Source: an uncultured delta proteobacterium
Lineage (GTDB): Bacteria > Desulfobacterota > Desulfobacteria > Desulfobacterales > UBA2156
NCBI GenBank assembly: GCA_963736855.1
Contig: CAVTQK010000024.1
Span: 128,001-192,000 of the forward strand
Direction of reading: 5' to 3'
DNA length: 64,000 nucleotides
The notes under the pieces are model-generated. The model saw only the letters and a list, made by a program, of their open reading frames with translations, searched no databases and had not been told where the DNA came from. This document shows positions 29,529-39,964 of the stretch, piece after piece. Position 1 is the stretch's first letter. Each line of letters starts with the position of its first letter. The position numbers and the translations under genes are program-made.

Positions 29529-30392
29529 TCATCGGTCGATGTCGCGGTGCGTAACCTTAACTTTTCGTTTCGATCGCTCAATGTGTTCGCCGATTTCGTT
29601 GGCGACGGTCACTGAACGATGGCGACCGCCGGTGCACCCCAGGGCGATGGTTAAATTGGACCTTCCGTCTTTCTCATATAATGGGATCAAATAGTCAAGT
29701 AGATCTAAACATCTTTTCAAAAAATCCTGAGTTACAGCCGAATCCAGAACGTAGCGTTTTACAGATTCGTCATCTCCGGAAAGAGACTTGAGTTCGGGAA
29801 CGAAGTACGGATTCGGAATGAACCGGACATCCATGACCAGGTCCGCCTGGGGCGGCAAGCCGTATTTATAACCAAAAGATTCCACGTGAATTCTTACCGG
29901 TAAAAAGTTTTCGGCATTTTCCAAAAGAGAAAACAGGGCCGATTTAAGCTGGTGAAGATTTAGGTTTGATGTGTCGATGATCTGATCCGCCTCTTTCTTC
30001 AAAGGTTCCAGCTGGACCCTTTCAGACCGGATGCTTTCCAAGAGATTTTTATCCCTCGCAAGGGGATGCTGCCGCCGGGTCAGACCGTATCGTTCAAGCA
30101 GCACCTTCTCGTTTGCTTCCAGGAAAAGGATATTGAATTTGTATCCTTTTTCTTTCAAGGATTCGAGAACCGAGGCATAGGTCGGCAGGAAACGCTTTTC
30201 CCGGATATCCATGCCGAAGGCCAGGCCGGCGATATCTGTTTCAATTTCGATGGGTAATTCCAGGAATTTAGGGAGCAAGGCGATGGGTAGGTTGTCCACG
30301 CAAAAAAACCCCGCATCTTCGAAGGCATTCAATGCAGTGCTTTTCCCGGATCCGGAAAGACCGGTGATGATGAAAATCTTCAACCGATTCAT
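29529..30392 (-). CDS. rapZ: RNase adapter RapZ
   Basis: Motifs TGLSGSGKS, VDNLP, SFGYKYG, DVRFIPNP and GCTGGRHRSV. Confidence 0.95.
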   Translation of the reverse strand: MNRLKIFIITGLSGSGKSTALNAFEDAGFFCVDNLPIALLPKFLELPIEIETDIAGLAFGMDIREKRFLPTYASVLESLKEKGYKFNILFLEANEKVLLERYGLTRRQHPLARDKNLLESIRSERVQLEPLKKEADQIIDTSNLNLHQLKSALFSLLENAENFLPVRIHVESFGYKYGLPPQADLVMDVRFIPNPYFVPELKSLSGDDESVKRYVLDSAVTQDFLKRCLDLLDYLIPLYEKDGRSNLTIALGCTGGRHRSVTVANEIGEHIERSKRKVKVTHRDIDR

Positions 30393-30464
30393 GATATACC
30401 CGTCTCAGGGCAATCGATCCAGACCCCTGATGAGTACCCATTTGCGGAATGCATGCAAAAGCGC

Positions 30465-30923
30465 TTAAAATTCCTCATCGTGTTCCCGGATGATGTTCAG
30501 CACTTCTTCCCGGTCGGCAGCATTGAAAAGGCGTTCTTTGACGGATTCATCCTTGAGCAGCTTTGAGATCCGAGCCAGAAGCTTAAGGTGAACGCCGGTA
30601 GAATTTTCCGGCGTGAGCAGTAGAAAGAAGATGTGAGAAGGGCGATTGTCCATGGACTCGAAATCCACCCCTTTTCTGCTTAACCCGAAACCGAGGATCA
30701 ACGTATCGAGTCCCTTCATCTTTCCATGAGGAATGGCGATGCCGCCACCGATTCCGGTGCTTCCCAACCGTTCCCGGTCCATCAGGATTTTCACCAGTTC
30801 ATTGCGGTCGATACGGGTGATCCCGGTGACAGGCTCCACCAGTTCTTCCAGGACCCCCTTCTTGTCCATGGATTTCAGGTCGACAAGGACGGCGTCTTTG
30901 AACAGTACATCCAGAATTTTCAT
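30465..30923 (-). CDS. ptsN: PTS IIA(Ntr)-like protein
   Basis: RERLGSTGIGGGIAIPHGK motif; located in the rpoN operon. Confidence 0.9.
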   Translation of the reverse strand: MKILDVLFKDAVLVDLKSMDKKGVLEELVEPVTGITRIDRNELVKILMDRERLGSTGIGGGIAIPHGKMKGLDTLILGFGLSRKGVDFESMDNRPSHIFFLLLTPENSTGVHLKLLARISKLLKDESVKERLFNAADREEVLNIIREHDEEF

Positions 30924-30961
30924 GGCGTGGAAACCCTATCGTCTCTTTTTTGGTTTCGCAA

Positions 30962-31495
30962 TCAGCTGCTCGGCTGGATCAGACCGAGGTGCCCGTCGTT
31001 GCGCCGGTATAGTACGTTGATCTGCTCAGTCCGGGCGTTGGTGAAAACAAAAAAGTTATTTTGGGTTACCTCCATTTGCATGACCGCTTCTTCCACATCC
31101 ATGGGTTTATAATCAACGTATTGAACCTTGATGAGTCTTTCTCCTCCATCGGATTCCGAAGCGGTAGCCTCACCGCTGAACTCTTTGAGTTTGCTCTTTA
31201 ATTTACCTTTTCTTTCACGAATCTTTTCTTTGCTCTTTTTGATTTGTTTTTCCAACTTATCAAAAGTCAAGTCGATGGCGGCGTACATGTCGCCGGCTTC
31301 TTCCTTAGCGATGATGTTCATGCGGTCGCCGGATATGCTGATTTCAGCGATATGCCGATGTTTTTCCACCGAAAGAACCACTACGGCGGATGCCGGGTTG
31401 TCCAGATATTTGTCGAGGCGATCCAACTTTTCCCCGGCGTAGTTTTTGAGGTTCTCTGAAGGGTCGATGTTTTTAAAAGTTACGGCAATTTGCAT
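30962..31495 (-). CDS. hpf: Ribosome hibernation promoting factor (long HPF)
   Basis: Motifs DMYAAID, KPMDVEEAVMQM and NVLYRRNDG. Confidence 0.93.
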   Translation of the reverse strand: MQIAVTFKNIDPSENLKNYAGEKLDRLDKYLDNPASAVVVLSVEKHRHIAEISISGDRMNIIAKEEAGDMYAAIDLTFDKLEKQIKKSKEKIRERKGKLKSKLKEFSGEATASESDGGERLIKVQYVDYKPMDVEEAVMQMEVTQNNFFVFTNARTEQINVLYRRNDGHLGLIQPSS

Positions 31496-31517
31496 GATCA
31501 GACCTCCCTGTGCGATT

Positions 31518-32954
31518 TCACCAAGGCTGCTTTCGCATGTTCGATGGCAGTATTTTCATCACTTCGCGATATTTTGCAACGGTCCTTCGGGCGATGTTGA
31601 TGTTGTCGTCCTTGAGAATTTCAACGATTTTGCTGTCGCTGAACGGTTTTTTCGAGCTTTCATTCTCGATAACACGACGGATTTTTTCCTGAACGCTGGC
31701 GGAAGCCAGCGCTTCTCCGTCAAAGCGGCTGATAGGGCTGTTGAAGAAAAATTTCAGTTCGAAGATCCCCTGCGGTGTGTAGGCGTACTTGTTGTTGGTC
31801 ACCCGGCTGATGGTGGACTCGTGCATGCTGATATCCCGAGCGACGTCCCTGAGCACCATGGGTTTTAAATGCGCGATTCCTTTTTCAAAAAAATCCTTTT
31901 GAAAACCGAGAATGCTCTTCATGACCCTGTATATGGTTTTCTGACGTTGGTGAATGCTCCGAATGAGCCAGGTTGCAGACCGCATTTTTTCCTGAATATA
32001 CTCCCGTTCTTTTTCACCGATGGATCTTCCCCGAGCGATCGCATTGCGGTAATAGGAATTGATTTTGAGCCGCGGGAGTCCGTCATCGTTGAGCACGATG
32101 ATAAGCTCATCATCGATTTTATAAACATAGATATCGGGGATGATGTATCGCGGTTCCTCTTCGCTGAATTGCCGACCGGGTTTGGGCTCGAGTCCCTGGA
32201 TGACCTTGACGGCGGCAAGGACATCCTTGAGGTCCACCTTTAGGGCCTTGGAGACGGCTTTGTAGTTCTTGTTTTCCAGGTGATGCAGGTGTTCCCTGAT
32301 GAGTACCGAAACAATGGTGTTGTCCAGATCCAGTTTGGAGGCCTGGATGAGCAGACACTCCCGGAGATTTCTCGCGCAAACGCCAACGGGATCGAAGTTC
32401 TGCATGCGGGAAAGTACCTGGGCGACTTGTTCGGCCGGAGCACCGCTCATCTGCACCAGATCGTCCAGGGTAACTTCCAAATAGCCGTCCAGATTCAAAT
32501 TGCCGATGATGAGGCTGCCGATCTTTTCATCTTCCGGGGAAGGGGATGTCATCAAGAGTTGCCACAGGAGATGGTCTTTCAGGGTTCTTTTTTGGGCGGT
32601 GAAAGATTCAAGGTTGATCTCTTCTTTCTTTTCCCCCTCGAAATAAATCTGGCCGGGCGTGTTGTATTCGTCGATGTAGTTGTTCCAATCGATGTCGTCC
32701 CGGATCCGTTCTTCGATGGTGACCTCTTTAGCTGTCAACGTCTCTTCGGGTTCGAAGCCATCCTGTTCCGGCTCGATGTCCTGCACGGCGGTATCCTGGG
32801 ATTCTTCCAGGGCCGGATTCTCCACCATCTCCTGGCGGATGACATCCATCAGCTCTAAACGGGAAAGCTGAAGCAGTTTAATGGCCATCTGGAGCTGGGG
32901 CGTCATCACCAACTGCTGGGATAATCTTAATTGTTGACTGAGCTTGAGGGCCAT
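31518..32954 (-). CDS. rpoN: RNA polymerase sigma-54 factor
   Basis: Motifs MTPQLQMAIKLLQL, HESTISRVT and ARRTVAKYRE. Confidence 0.97.
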   Translation of the reverse strand: MALKLSQQLRLSQQLVMTPQLQMAIKLLQLSRLELMDVIRQEMVENPALEESQDTAVQDIEPEQDGFEPEETLTAKEVTIEERIRDDIDWNNYIDEYNTPGQIYFEGEKKEEINLESFTAQKRTLKDHLLWQLLMTSPSPEDEKIGSLIIGNLNLDGYLEVTLDDLVQMSGAPAEQVAQVLSRMQNFDPVGVCARNLRECLLIQASKLDLDNTIVSVLIREHLHHLENKNYKAVSKALKVDLKDVLAAVKVIQGLEPKPGRQFSEEEPRYIIPDIYVYKIDDELIIVLNDDGLPRLKINSYYRNAIARGRSIGEKEREYIQEKMRSATWLIRSIHQRQKTIYRVMKSILGFQKDFFEKGIAHLKPMVLRDVARDISMHESTISRVTNNKYAYTPQGIFELKFFFNSPISRFDGEALASASVQEKIRRVIENESSKKPFSDSKIVEILKDDNINIARRTVAKYREVMKILPSNMRKQPW

Positions 32955-32955
32955 T

Positions 32956-33678
32956 TTAAAGCCTGAATTCGTCTCCCAGGTAGAGTTTGCGGGCAATCTC
33001 GCTGGAGGCGACTTTATCCGGTGTGCCGGATTCCATCACCTCGCCGTTGTTAAGGATGTATGCCTGGTCGCAGATGCCAAGAGTCTCCCGGACATTGTGA
33101 TCCGTGATCAAGATGCCGATCCCCCGCTCTTTAAGGTGCGAGATGATATTCTTGATGTCGATGACCGCCAGGGGGTCGATTCCTGAAAAAGGTTCGTCCA
33201 GCAATATGAATGAAGGACTCGAGGCCAGGGATCGGCTGATCTCGAGACGGCGTTGCTCTCCTCCCGAAAGGGATCCCGCTTTTTGGCCGGAAAGATGCCG
33301 GATACCCAGTTCATCCAGGAACCGGTCGGCCCGTTCTTCCTGCTGAGCCTGGCTAAGCGGTTGCGCTTCCAACACCAGCAGGACGTTTTCCTTGACGGAA
33401 AGCTTCCGGAAGGTGGAAGGCTCTTGTGGGAGGTAGCCGATCCCTTTTCGGGCCCGGATATACATAGGATCGTCCGTAATTTCCTCGTCATTGAGGCGGA
33501 CGTGCCCATGATCCGGCTTGATCATTCCCACCGTCATGTAGAAGGTGGTCGTTTTACCGGCGCCGTTGGGGCCCAAAAGTCCTACCACACTTCCACTTTC
33601 AACTGTGAGGCTCACATCTTTGACCACCCTGCGGCCAAAGTACGATTTACCCAGATCGTTTAACGCCAAGACAGGCAC
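32956..33678 (-). CDS. lptB: LPS export ABC transporter ATP-binding protein
   Basis: Motifs GPNGAGKTT, GIGYLPQE, LLDEPFSGIDP and ITDHNVRETL. Confidence 0.95.
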   Translation of the reverse strand: MPVLALNDLGKSYFGRRVVKDVSLTVESGSVVGLLGPNGAGKTTTFYMTVGMIKPDHGHVRLNDEEITDDPMYIRARKGIGYLPQEPSTFRKLSVKENVLLVLEAQPLSQAQQEERADRFLDELGIRHLSGQKAGSLSGGEQRRLEISRSLASSPSFILLDEPFSGIDPLAVIDIKNIISHLKERGIGILITDHNVRETLGICDQAYILNNGEVMESGTPDKVASSEIARKLYLGDEFRL

Positions 33679-33720
33679 TACCGTCCTCCGTCAAAGATAC
33701 GATCGTTTTAGGCCATTTGA

Positions 33721-34293
33721 TCAATTCAACCCCTTTCCTTTTTGATAAAAAACAGCTTCTACCCTGCCTTTGTTTCCACTTTCCACCTGGATCCGGCCAT
33801 CCTCCCGATACAGGGTAATTTTTTCCCCGGTTACGGTATTCTTACCGCTGGTGATGCTCGAATTGGGACCGGTCAGGATCAAAATCCGGGAATCGGTAAT
33901 GTATATAGCCTTTTCCGCCTTTGCAACCCTGTTGTCGAATTCGATCACCACGTTTCCATTCGACTCCATTTTCTGAATCGATTCTTCTCCTGCGCCTTGA
34001 GATTCTACGCTTTTAAGATCGCTCTTGTAGAAAACCTTCAGCCGATCCGCCGTGATAACAGTAGTTCCTTGGATTGCACGGACGTTTCCGATGAATTCGG
34101 CAAAACGGGCGTTGTTGTCCGAAAAGAGGCTGTCCGAGGTGATGTGGGTCACGTTTTCAGACGTCTGAGCGTCGGAGGTGGGTTCATCGCCTGCTAAAAT
34201 GCCTGTCGTAAAAAAAAGAAAGAGGATCACGATCAATGCCGTTATCGGAAAGGCGAGTCGGAGATGCTTTCGATTAAAGAGAGAGGGTGTCAT
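33721..34293 (-). CDS. lptA: LptA/OstA family protein
   Basis: ITSD..GNV..QG..ITAD and GEKI..GRV; operon position. Confidence 0.85.
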   Translation of the reverse strand: MTPSLFNRKHLRLAFPITALIVILFLFFTTGILAGDEPTSDAQTSENVTHITSDSLFSDNNARFAEFIGNVRAIQGTTVITADRLKVFYKSDLKSVESQGAGEESIQKMESNGNVVIEFDNRVAKAEKAIYITDSRILILTGPNSSITSGKNTVTGEKITLYREDGRIQVESGNKGRVEAVFYQKGKGLN

Positions 34294-34873
34294 GGATCGA
34301 GCTTTCAACGTTTCCTTTGAAGGTGGATGTTCGGGAATTCAGATCATAAACCATACGATCGGCGACAATGGAAAAACGATTCCCTTCGATGGTCACCGGA
34401 TCTTTGGAGTAGATGACTCGATTCTGGTGGTCATAGCGCAGGCGTTCGGTTTTCATCACATAATCCTCATGTGTGACCGTGACGTCCCCGACAGCTTCCA
34501 GGTCATTGGTCTCGGGCATGAGGATCCCTATTTTTGCGGTCAAATGGACCTCCCCCCCATCATTTAAGAAAAAGACGACAGAAGGACTGTCGATGACGGT
34601 CCGGTTATGCCTTCGCTGAACCTGGGCGGATTTTGCGGTAAGCGTCCACTCATCTCTGCCATTTCGTGTAGCCGTATGGCGGATCTGTTTTAACGAAATA
34701 TCGGCCTGGGTCTTTTTCAAAAGCGAGGCAGCATTTTCAGGATCGACGGATAGGTGACGATAGCTGACGAAAACCGCCACAACGGCAACCAGAGTGGCGA
34801 GAATAATGCCCACCAGCGCTAAACGAAGTGCGCCGGGTTTCTTCGGGCGCATCCATTGTCCGGAATCGTTCAT
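34274..34873 (-). CDS. lptC: LPS export protein LptC (start approximate)
   Basis: Single TM followed by a beta-rich domain; lies between kdsC and lptA. Confidence 0.8.
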   Translation of the reverse strand: MNDSGQWMRPKKPGALRLALVGIILATLVAVVAVFVSYRHLSVDPENAASLLKKTQADISLKQIRHTATRNGRDEWTLTAKSAQVQRRHNRTVIDSPSVVFFLNDGGEVHLTAKIGILMPETNDLEAVGDVTVTHEDYVMKTERLRYDHQNRVIYSKDPVTIEGNRFSIVADRMVYDLNSRTSTFKGNVESSIHDTLSL

Positions 34874-35439
34874 GAAGATAACCATAGATTCTTGAGCCAT
34901 AACCCCTTGGCCTTTAAAATCGCTTCGCAGATCTCCCTGACGGCCCCTTTGCCGCCTCTGGCGGAAGTAACCCAGTCGGCGGTTTCAAGGAGAGCCTCAT
35001 GGGCATCTGCCACCGCGATGAAAAGCCCCACGGAACCTTTCATGGATAAATCGGGAAGGTCATCACCGGCAAAGGCGATATCCTCCGGCTTGGACCCGGT
35101 GTCCGCGCATATCCGGTTGAGGACGCTCTTTTTATTCGAGACGCCGTCATAGACAAATGAAATTCCCAGGTTTTTACACCGGTGGCGCAGGGCCTTGGAA
35201 CTTCTTCCGGTGATGAGGCATACCGGGATGCCCTCTTCCAGAAGGAGGCGGATACCGAGCCCGTCCTTGGCGTTGAATGCCTTGATCTCTTCACCTGAAT
35301 CCGAATAGATAATGGTACCGTCCGTAAGAACTCCATCCACATCCATGGCAAGAACCCTTAAGGCGGCAAGGCGATCCAAGAGTCCATCGGTTGGGCTTTG
35401 AATGCCGGACCGGTTACTGGGATGGGCGGAAACGGTCAT
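34870..35439 (-). CDS. kdsC: KDO 8-phosphate phosphatase
   Basis: Motifs DVDGVLTDG, KDGLG, GDDLPD and GGKGAVRE. Confidence 0.93.
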   Translation of the reverse strand: MTVSAHPSNRSGIQSPTDGLLDRLAALRVLAMDVDGVLTDGTIIYSDSGEEIKAFNAKDGLGIRLLLEEGIPVCLITGRSSKALRHRCKNLGISFVYDGVSNKKSVLNRICADTGSKPEDIAFAGDDLPDLSMKGSVGLFIAVADAHEALLETADWVTSARGGKGAVREICEAILKAKGLWLKNLWLSS

Positions 35440-36272
35440 AACGGCGGGCTTTTCAGGGCGTCCCGGATCCTTTTGAGTGTCACTAGAAGGGGCTCGAGGG
35501 AGTCCAGGGGCAGGGAGTTGGGTCCGTCACACAGAGCCTGATCCGGATTGGGATGGACTTCCATAAATATGCCGTCTGCGCCTGCGGCTACGGCCGCTTT
35601 TGCCAGGACCGGTGCAAATCTCCGCTCTCCACCGGAACGGATGCTTTCTCCGCCGGGCAACTGCACACTGTGGGTCGCATCAAAAATCACAGGGTATCCG
35701 GTTTCTTGCATGATCGGGATCCCTTTGAAATCGACGATAAGGTTGTTATACCCGAAAGAACTGCCACGCTCGGTGATCAAAATCCGGGAATTTCCGGAAG
35801 ACGCCGCCTTATTAACCACGTTGGCCATATCCCTGGGAGAGAGGAACTGCCCTTTTTTGATATTGAGGGGTTTACCTGTAGCGGCCGCCGCCGTGATCAG
35901 GTCCGTCTGTCGGCATAAAAAAGCCGGGATCTGGATGATGTCCAAAATTGCTGCACAAATGTCGATTTGGGAAATCCGGTGGACGTCGGAAAGGATACAG
36001 ATGTCAAGCTCGGTCTTGATCCTCTTGAGGATATCCAACCCTTCCATCATCCCGGGTCCCCTGAATGAGTCGATGGAACTGCGGTTGGCTTTGTCGAAGG
36101 ACGCCTTGAATATGAACGGGATCTCGAGACGCCGTGTCAAGGCCTTGAGGAAAGAGGCGATCCGGAAGGACGTTTCGGCATCTTCGATGACACACGGCCC
36201 TGCGATGAGGGCCAGAGAGTTATCGCCTCCGATTGAAATTCCTTCCCGGATATGGATCACATGTCGAGTCAT
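35436..36272 (-). CDS. kdsA: KDO 8-phosphate synthase
   Basis: Motifs AGPCVIE, KASFDKANRS, IPAFLCRQTD and DATHSVQ. Confidence 0.96.
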   Translation of the reverse strand: MTRHVIHIREGISIGGDNSLALIAGPCVIEDAETSFRIASFLKALTRRLEIPFIFKASFDKANRSSIDSFRGPGMMEGLDILKRIKTELDICILSDVHRISQIDICAAILDIIQIPAFLCRQTDLITAAAATGKPLNIKKGQFLSPRDMANVVNKAASSGNSRILITERGSSFGYNNLIVDFKGIPIMQETGYPVIFDATHSVQLPGGESIRSGGERRFAPVLAKAAVAAGADGIFMEVHPNPDQALCDGPNSLPLDSLEPLLVTLKRIRDALKSPPL

Positions 36273-36379
36273 AGGAGGTGAGTATCCTTTCCGATGATGG
36301 ATTATCTGTTCTTTTATCGCGACGGCCCACAGAAGTCAAGGAACGAAAAGAAACCTTGATTGGAGTACGGTAAATTGAT

Positions 36380-37792
36380 ATGGTCATGCTTCATTTCGAT
36401 AGATGGAGCGTTAACCAATTGAAGTCAAAAGATAAAAACACAAAATGGCGATGGGTGGCACCTCTCTTCTGCGTGCTGATTTTAGCTTTGGGAGCCCTGT
36501 TATGGGTGAAGATGGAAGGAGAGGCGCCCAGCATCAAACTGACCCCGGAAAGCCCCACCCTGGGCATTCGGTCGGAGATCACTCTTTCGGTCTCGGATGC
36601 AAAAAGCGGACTTTCAAAAGTGTGGGTGGGGATTCTTAAGGGAGGGAAAGAAGAGACTCTTCTCGATGAAAATTTTCCGTCGCCCGGACTTTTCTCAAAA
36701 TCGGGGATTCAAGAGAAGACTTTTATCCAAGTGATCGAACCGAAGAAACTGGGTCTCAGCGAAGGCAAGACGACGCTTCGGATTATGGCTCGGGATCATT
36801 CCTGGCGGCATTGGTTTCATGGCAATCGGGGATATCTTGAAAGAGAAGTGGCGGTTGACACCCGGCCGCCTCAGATTGTCGTTTTGAGCAAATTTCATTA
36901 TCTGAACCAGGGTGGCACCGGCCTGGCGATGTATCGGCTTACCGAGCCGTGCCCGGAAACGGGGATCAGGGTGGGTGAGCATTTCTTTCCTGGATACGGC
37001 GGTCATTTGGGCGACTCTCTGGTTCACATAGCCTTCTTTGCACTGAGCCACGAGCAGGGGCCGGGAACCTCCATTGCCATTAAAGCCGTCGATAAGGCAG
37101 GAAATGCTTCCCAGACCGGATTTGCGCATCATATCAAAGCCGTAAACTTTAAAAAGGACACTATTCCCATTACCGATGATTTCCTGGGTCAAATATTGCC
37201 CAAATTCGAATCCGAAATCGAAGGCAGCGATAAAGGCTCATTGATTGAACGGTTTCTGAAGGTGAATCGTGACCTTCGGGAGAAAAATTACCGGCAGATG
37301 GTTCAAGTAACCACCAGTTCTGAAAAGGAGCTTTTATGGAAAGGCGCCTTTTTGAGACTCCCCAACTCCGAACCACGTGCGGGATTCGCCGACACCCGGG
37401 ATTATATTTATCAGGGGAAAAAGGTTGATCAACAGGTGCATCTGGGCATAGACCTGGCCGCCGTAGCCCATACTCCGGTACCGGCGGCGAATAAGGGGAA
37501 GGTGGCTTTTGCCGGGGACCTGGGTATTTACGGCAGGACGATCTTGATTGACCATGGTTTCGGGGTTTTCAGCATGTATTCACACCTGAGTGATTATACG
37601 GTTCAGGTGGGGCAGACGGCGGAAAAGGGTGAAATCATCGGCCACACCGGAGATACCGGTCTTGCCGGGGGGGACCACCTCCATTTCAGCATGGTGGTCC
37701 ATGACACCTTCGTGAGCCCGGTGGAATGGTGGGACCCCATGTGGATCGAAAAACGAATCATGGATAAACTCAAAGGAACGGAAAACGGATAA
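36380..37792 (+). CDS. M23 family metallopeptidase with an N-terminal membrane anchor
   Basis: Motifs HLGID, YGR..IDHG..YSHL and GDHLHF. Confidence 0.9.
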   Translation: MVMLHFDRWSVNQLKSKDKNTKWRWVAPLFCVLILALGALLWVKMEGEAPSIKLTPESPTLGIRSEITLSVSDAKSGLSKVWVGILKGGKEETLLDENFPSPGLFSKSGIQEKTFIQVIEPKKLGLSEGKTTLRIMARDHSWRHWFHGNRGYLEREVAVDTRPPQIVVLSKFHYLNQGGTGLAMYRLTEPCPETGIRVGEHFFPGYGGHLGDSLVHIAFFALSHEQGPGTSIAIKAVDKAGNASQTGFAHHIKAVNFKKDTIPITDDFLGQILPKFESEIEGSDKGSLIERFLKVNRDLREKNYRQMVQVTTSSEKELLWKGAFLRLPNSEPRAGFADTRDYIYQGKKVDQQVHLGIDLAAVAHTPVPAANKGKVAFAGDLGIYGRTILIDHGFGVFSMYSHLSDYTVQVGQTAEKGEIIGHTGDTGLAGGDHLHFSMVVHDTFVSPVEWWDPMWIEKRIMDKLKGTENG

Positions 37793-37815
37793 AAGCGAAT
37801 CTGCGGAGGTCGGCA

Positions 37816-38985
37816 TTGAAACCGTATCGCATCAATAAAACCATCGAAGAAATCAACACGAAAATCCGGGAAGGAAAAGCGGTGATCATGACCGCCGAGG
37901 AGATCATCCCTATCGTCAAGTCCGAGGGACCTGTGGAGGCCGCGAGGCAGGTGGACGTGGTGACGACCGGGACGTTTGCCCCCATGTGCTCTTCAGGGGC
38001 GTTTATCAATTTCGGCCATTCGGTGCCGCGTATCAAGGCCTCCCGGGTCTGGTTGAACAAGGTCCCGGCTTATGCAGGAATCGCGGCGGTGGACTGCTAC
38101 ATCGGCGTTACGGAACCCTGCGAGGACGATCCGTTGAACAAGGTTTACCCCGGTGAATTCAATTACGGAGGTGGGCACGTCATCGAGGACCTGGTTGCTA
38201 AAAAGACGGTCTATCTGAAGGCGTCGTCTTACGGCACGGACTGCTATCCGAACCGCGCCATCGAAAAAGAGATCACACTCGCCGCACTTCCTCAGGCGAC
38301 TCTGTGTAACCCGAGAAACGGGTATCAAAACTACAACTGCGCCGTCAACACCACCGACCGAACCATATACACCTATATGGGCACACTCAAGCCGCGCATA
38401 GGTAACGCCAATTACTGTTCGGCGGGGCAGCTCAGCCCATTGTTCAACGATCCATATTATCAGACCATCGGACTGGGGACCCGCATTTTCCTGGGCGGCG
38501 GGGTGGGGTATGTCGTCTGGTACGGCACCCAGCACAATCCCGCGGTGAAGCGATCCCGCAAAGGGGTACCTGTCGGGGGGGCGGGGACGTTGTGGGTTAT
38601 GGGGGATCTGAAACAGATGAGCCCCCGATGGCTGATGGGGGCCAGCATTCAAGGTTACGGGTGTTCTCTGTCGGTCGGACTCGGAGTTCCGATCCCTCTT
38701 TTGAACGAAAAAATTGCTCAATATACCGGTCTATCCGATGAAGATCTCTTCACTCAGGTGGTGGATTATGGCCATGATTATCCGAACGGCATTTCCAAGA
38801 GCCTGGCTCAGGTCAGCTATTCGGAGTTGAAAAGCGGCACCATCAAAGTCAATGGGAAGACGATTCCAACGGTTCCGCTCTCCAGCGTGGTACGCGCCAG
38901 GGAGATCGCCGATATATTGAAAAAATGGATTCAAAGCGGGAAATTTCTCCTGGGGACGCCCCAGTTTACCCTTCCGTCCCGGTGA
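37816..38985 (+). CDS. DUF39 homocysteine biosynthesis protein (aspartate-semialdehyde sulfurtransferase family)
   Basis: KTIEEIN.KI, VDVVTTGTFAPMCSSG, NPRNGYQNY, YTYMG and SPLFNDP; TTG start. Confidence 0.88.
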   Translation: MKPYRINKTIEEINTKIREGKAVIMTAEEIIPIVKSEGPVEAARQVDVVTTGTFAPMCSSGAFINFGHSVPRIKASRVWLNKVPAYAGIAAVDCYIGVTEPCEDDPLNKVYPGEFNYGGGHVIEDLVAKKTVYLKASSYGTDCYPNRAIEKEITLAALPQATLCNPRNGYQNYNCAVNTTDRTIYTYMGTLKPRIGNANYCSAGQLSPLFNDPYYQTIGLGTRIFLGGGVGYVVWYGTQHNPAVKRSRKGVPVGGAGTLWVMGDLKQMSPRWLMGASIQGYGCSLSVGLGVPIPLLNEKIAQYTGLSDEDLFTQVVDYGHDYPNGISKSLAQVSYSELKSGTIKVNGKTIPTVPLSSVVRAREIADILKKWIQSGKFLLGTPQFTLPSR

Positions 38986-39006
38986 AGCAAAAGATTCCGG
39001 CGGCTG

Positions 39007-39627
39007 GTGATCATGGCGTACGTTTCAAAAGGGTCGGATATGACCCGAGAGCCGGCAGAAACAATTCGGGCTTTTGTCGCTTTCGAACTGCCCAAAAGAA
39101 TCATCGATGCCTTAGCCCGTGTTCAGGAACAGATGCGTGGCTTAAGGGTCGACGCCCGATGGGTCCGTCCGGCAAATATTCATCTGACCCTTAAATTTTT
39201 AGGACAAGTACCGGCTTCGGATATCGAAACCATCGGGAGAAGTGTCATGGAAGCGGCCCGGGGTCGAGGTCCCATAGTTCTTTCGGTGAGAGGGGTTGGC
39301 GTTTTTCCCGGGGTCCGCAAGCCCCGGGTGGCCTGGGTTGGGTTAAACAATCCGGATGGCGGATTGCTCCGTCTCCATCAGGAACTGGAGACCCGCCTGA
39401 GCGCCGCGGGATACCCGGTTGAGGAACGGCCCTTCAAGGGACATTTAACCGTCGGTAGATTCAAGGGAAGCATACCGGCACCGATGCTCATAAAAGCCCT
39501 TAACGCTTTCCAGGATTTTGAAACCGAGACGTTCAGTCTTGACACGCTCATTCTGTTTCAAAGCGAGCTGATGCCTTCAGGGCCGGTTTACACCAAAATC
39601 GTGAGGGCCATATTGACGAACTCGTAA
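39007..39627 (+). CDS. thpR: RNA 2',3'-cyclic phosphodiesterase / 2'-5' RNA ligase (start may be 39013 or 39040)
   Basis: Two HxT motifs (HLTLKFLG, HLTVGR); upstream of recA. Confidence 0.9.
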   Translation: MIMAYVSKGSDMTREPAETIRAFVAFELPKRIIDALARVQEQMRGLRVDARWVRPANIHLTLKFLGQVPASDIETIGRSVMEAARGRGPIVLSVRGVGVFPGVRKPRVAWVGLNNPDGGLLRLHQELETRLSAAGYPVEERPFKGHLTVGRFKGSIPAPMLIKALNAFQDFETETFSLDTLILFQSELMPSGPVYTKIVRAILTNS

Positions 39628-39805
39628 CTAGGCCGATTTTGCTCGCTGCATGATCATTTTTAAGAGATGCTCATGGCTTCGATGAATCTCGAGAACTCGG
39701 TACAGGCGCCTCGGACAGCTTGAGATTTTTTGACACCCGGCCACTCGCATCTTCTTTGGAAAATGTTCAAATTCCGCCCGAAAAAGCCTATTGCGAATCT
39801 ATCAA
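39613..39805. mobile_element. Diverged type A miniature element (193 bp)
   Basis: Ends TTGACGAACTCGTAACTAGG and CCTATTGCGAATCTATCAA; shares the core GAACTCGG..GCCTC..ACAGCTTGAGATTTTT with 981-1174. Confidence 0.75.
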
Positions 39806-39807
39806 CA

Positions 39808-39964
39808 TTGATGAACTCGTAAAAAGTCGAAAATCAGATGGCAAAGTAAAAAGTTCAAGTTCAAGGCGTCGCGAATCCCGTGTGATGAGGCTTACTTATC
39901 GTACGTCGAAATCGCAACGGGATGAAGCGCAACGCAGAAATTGGACTTTTTACGAAGCCATCAA
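39808..39964. mobile_element. Miniature element type B, copy 2, directly upstream of recA
   Basis: Near-identical to the reverse complement of 2537-2693; flanked by ca/ca. Confidence 0.88.

Noticed and set aside
35548..36297. Long antisense ORFs such as 35548-36297, 37993-38721, 45814-46545 and 11647-12417
   Set aside because: They overlap well-supported genes on the opposite strand, as expected at this GC content, and show no motifs.
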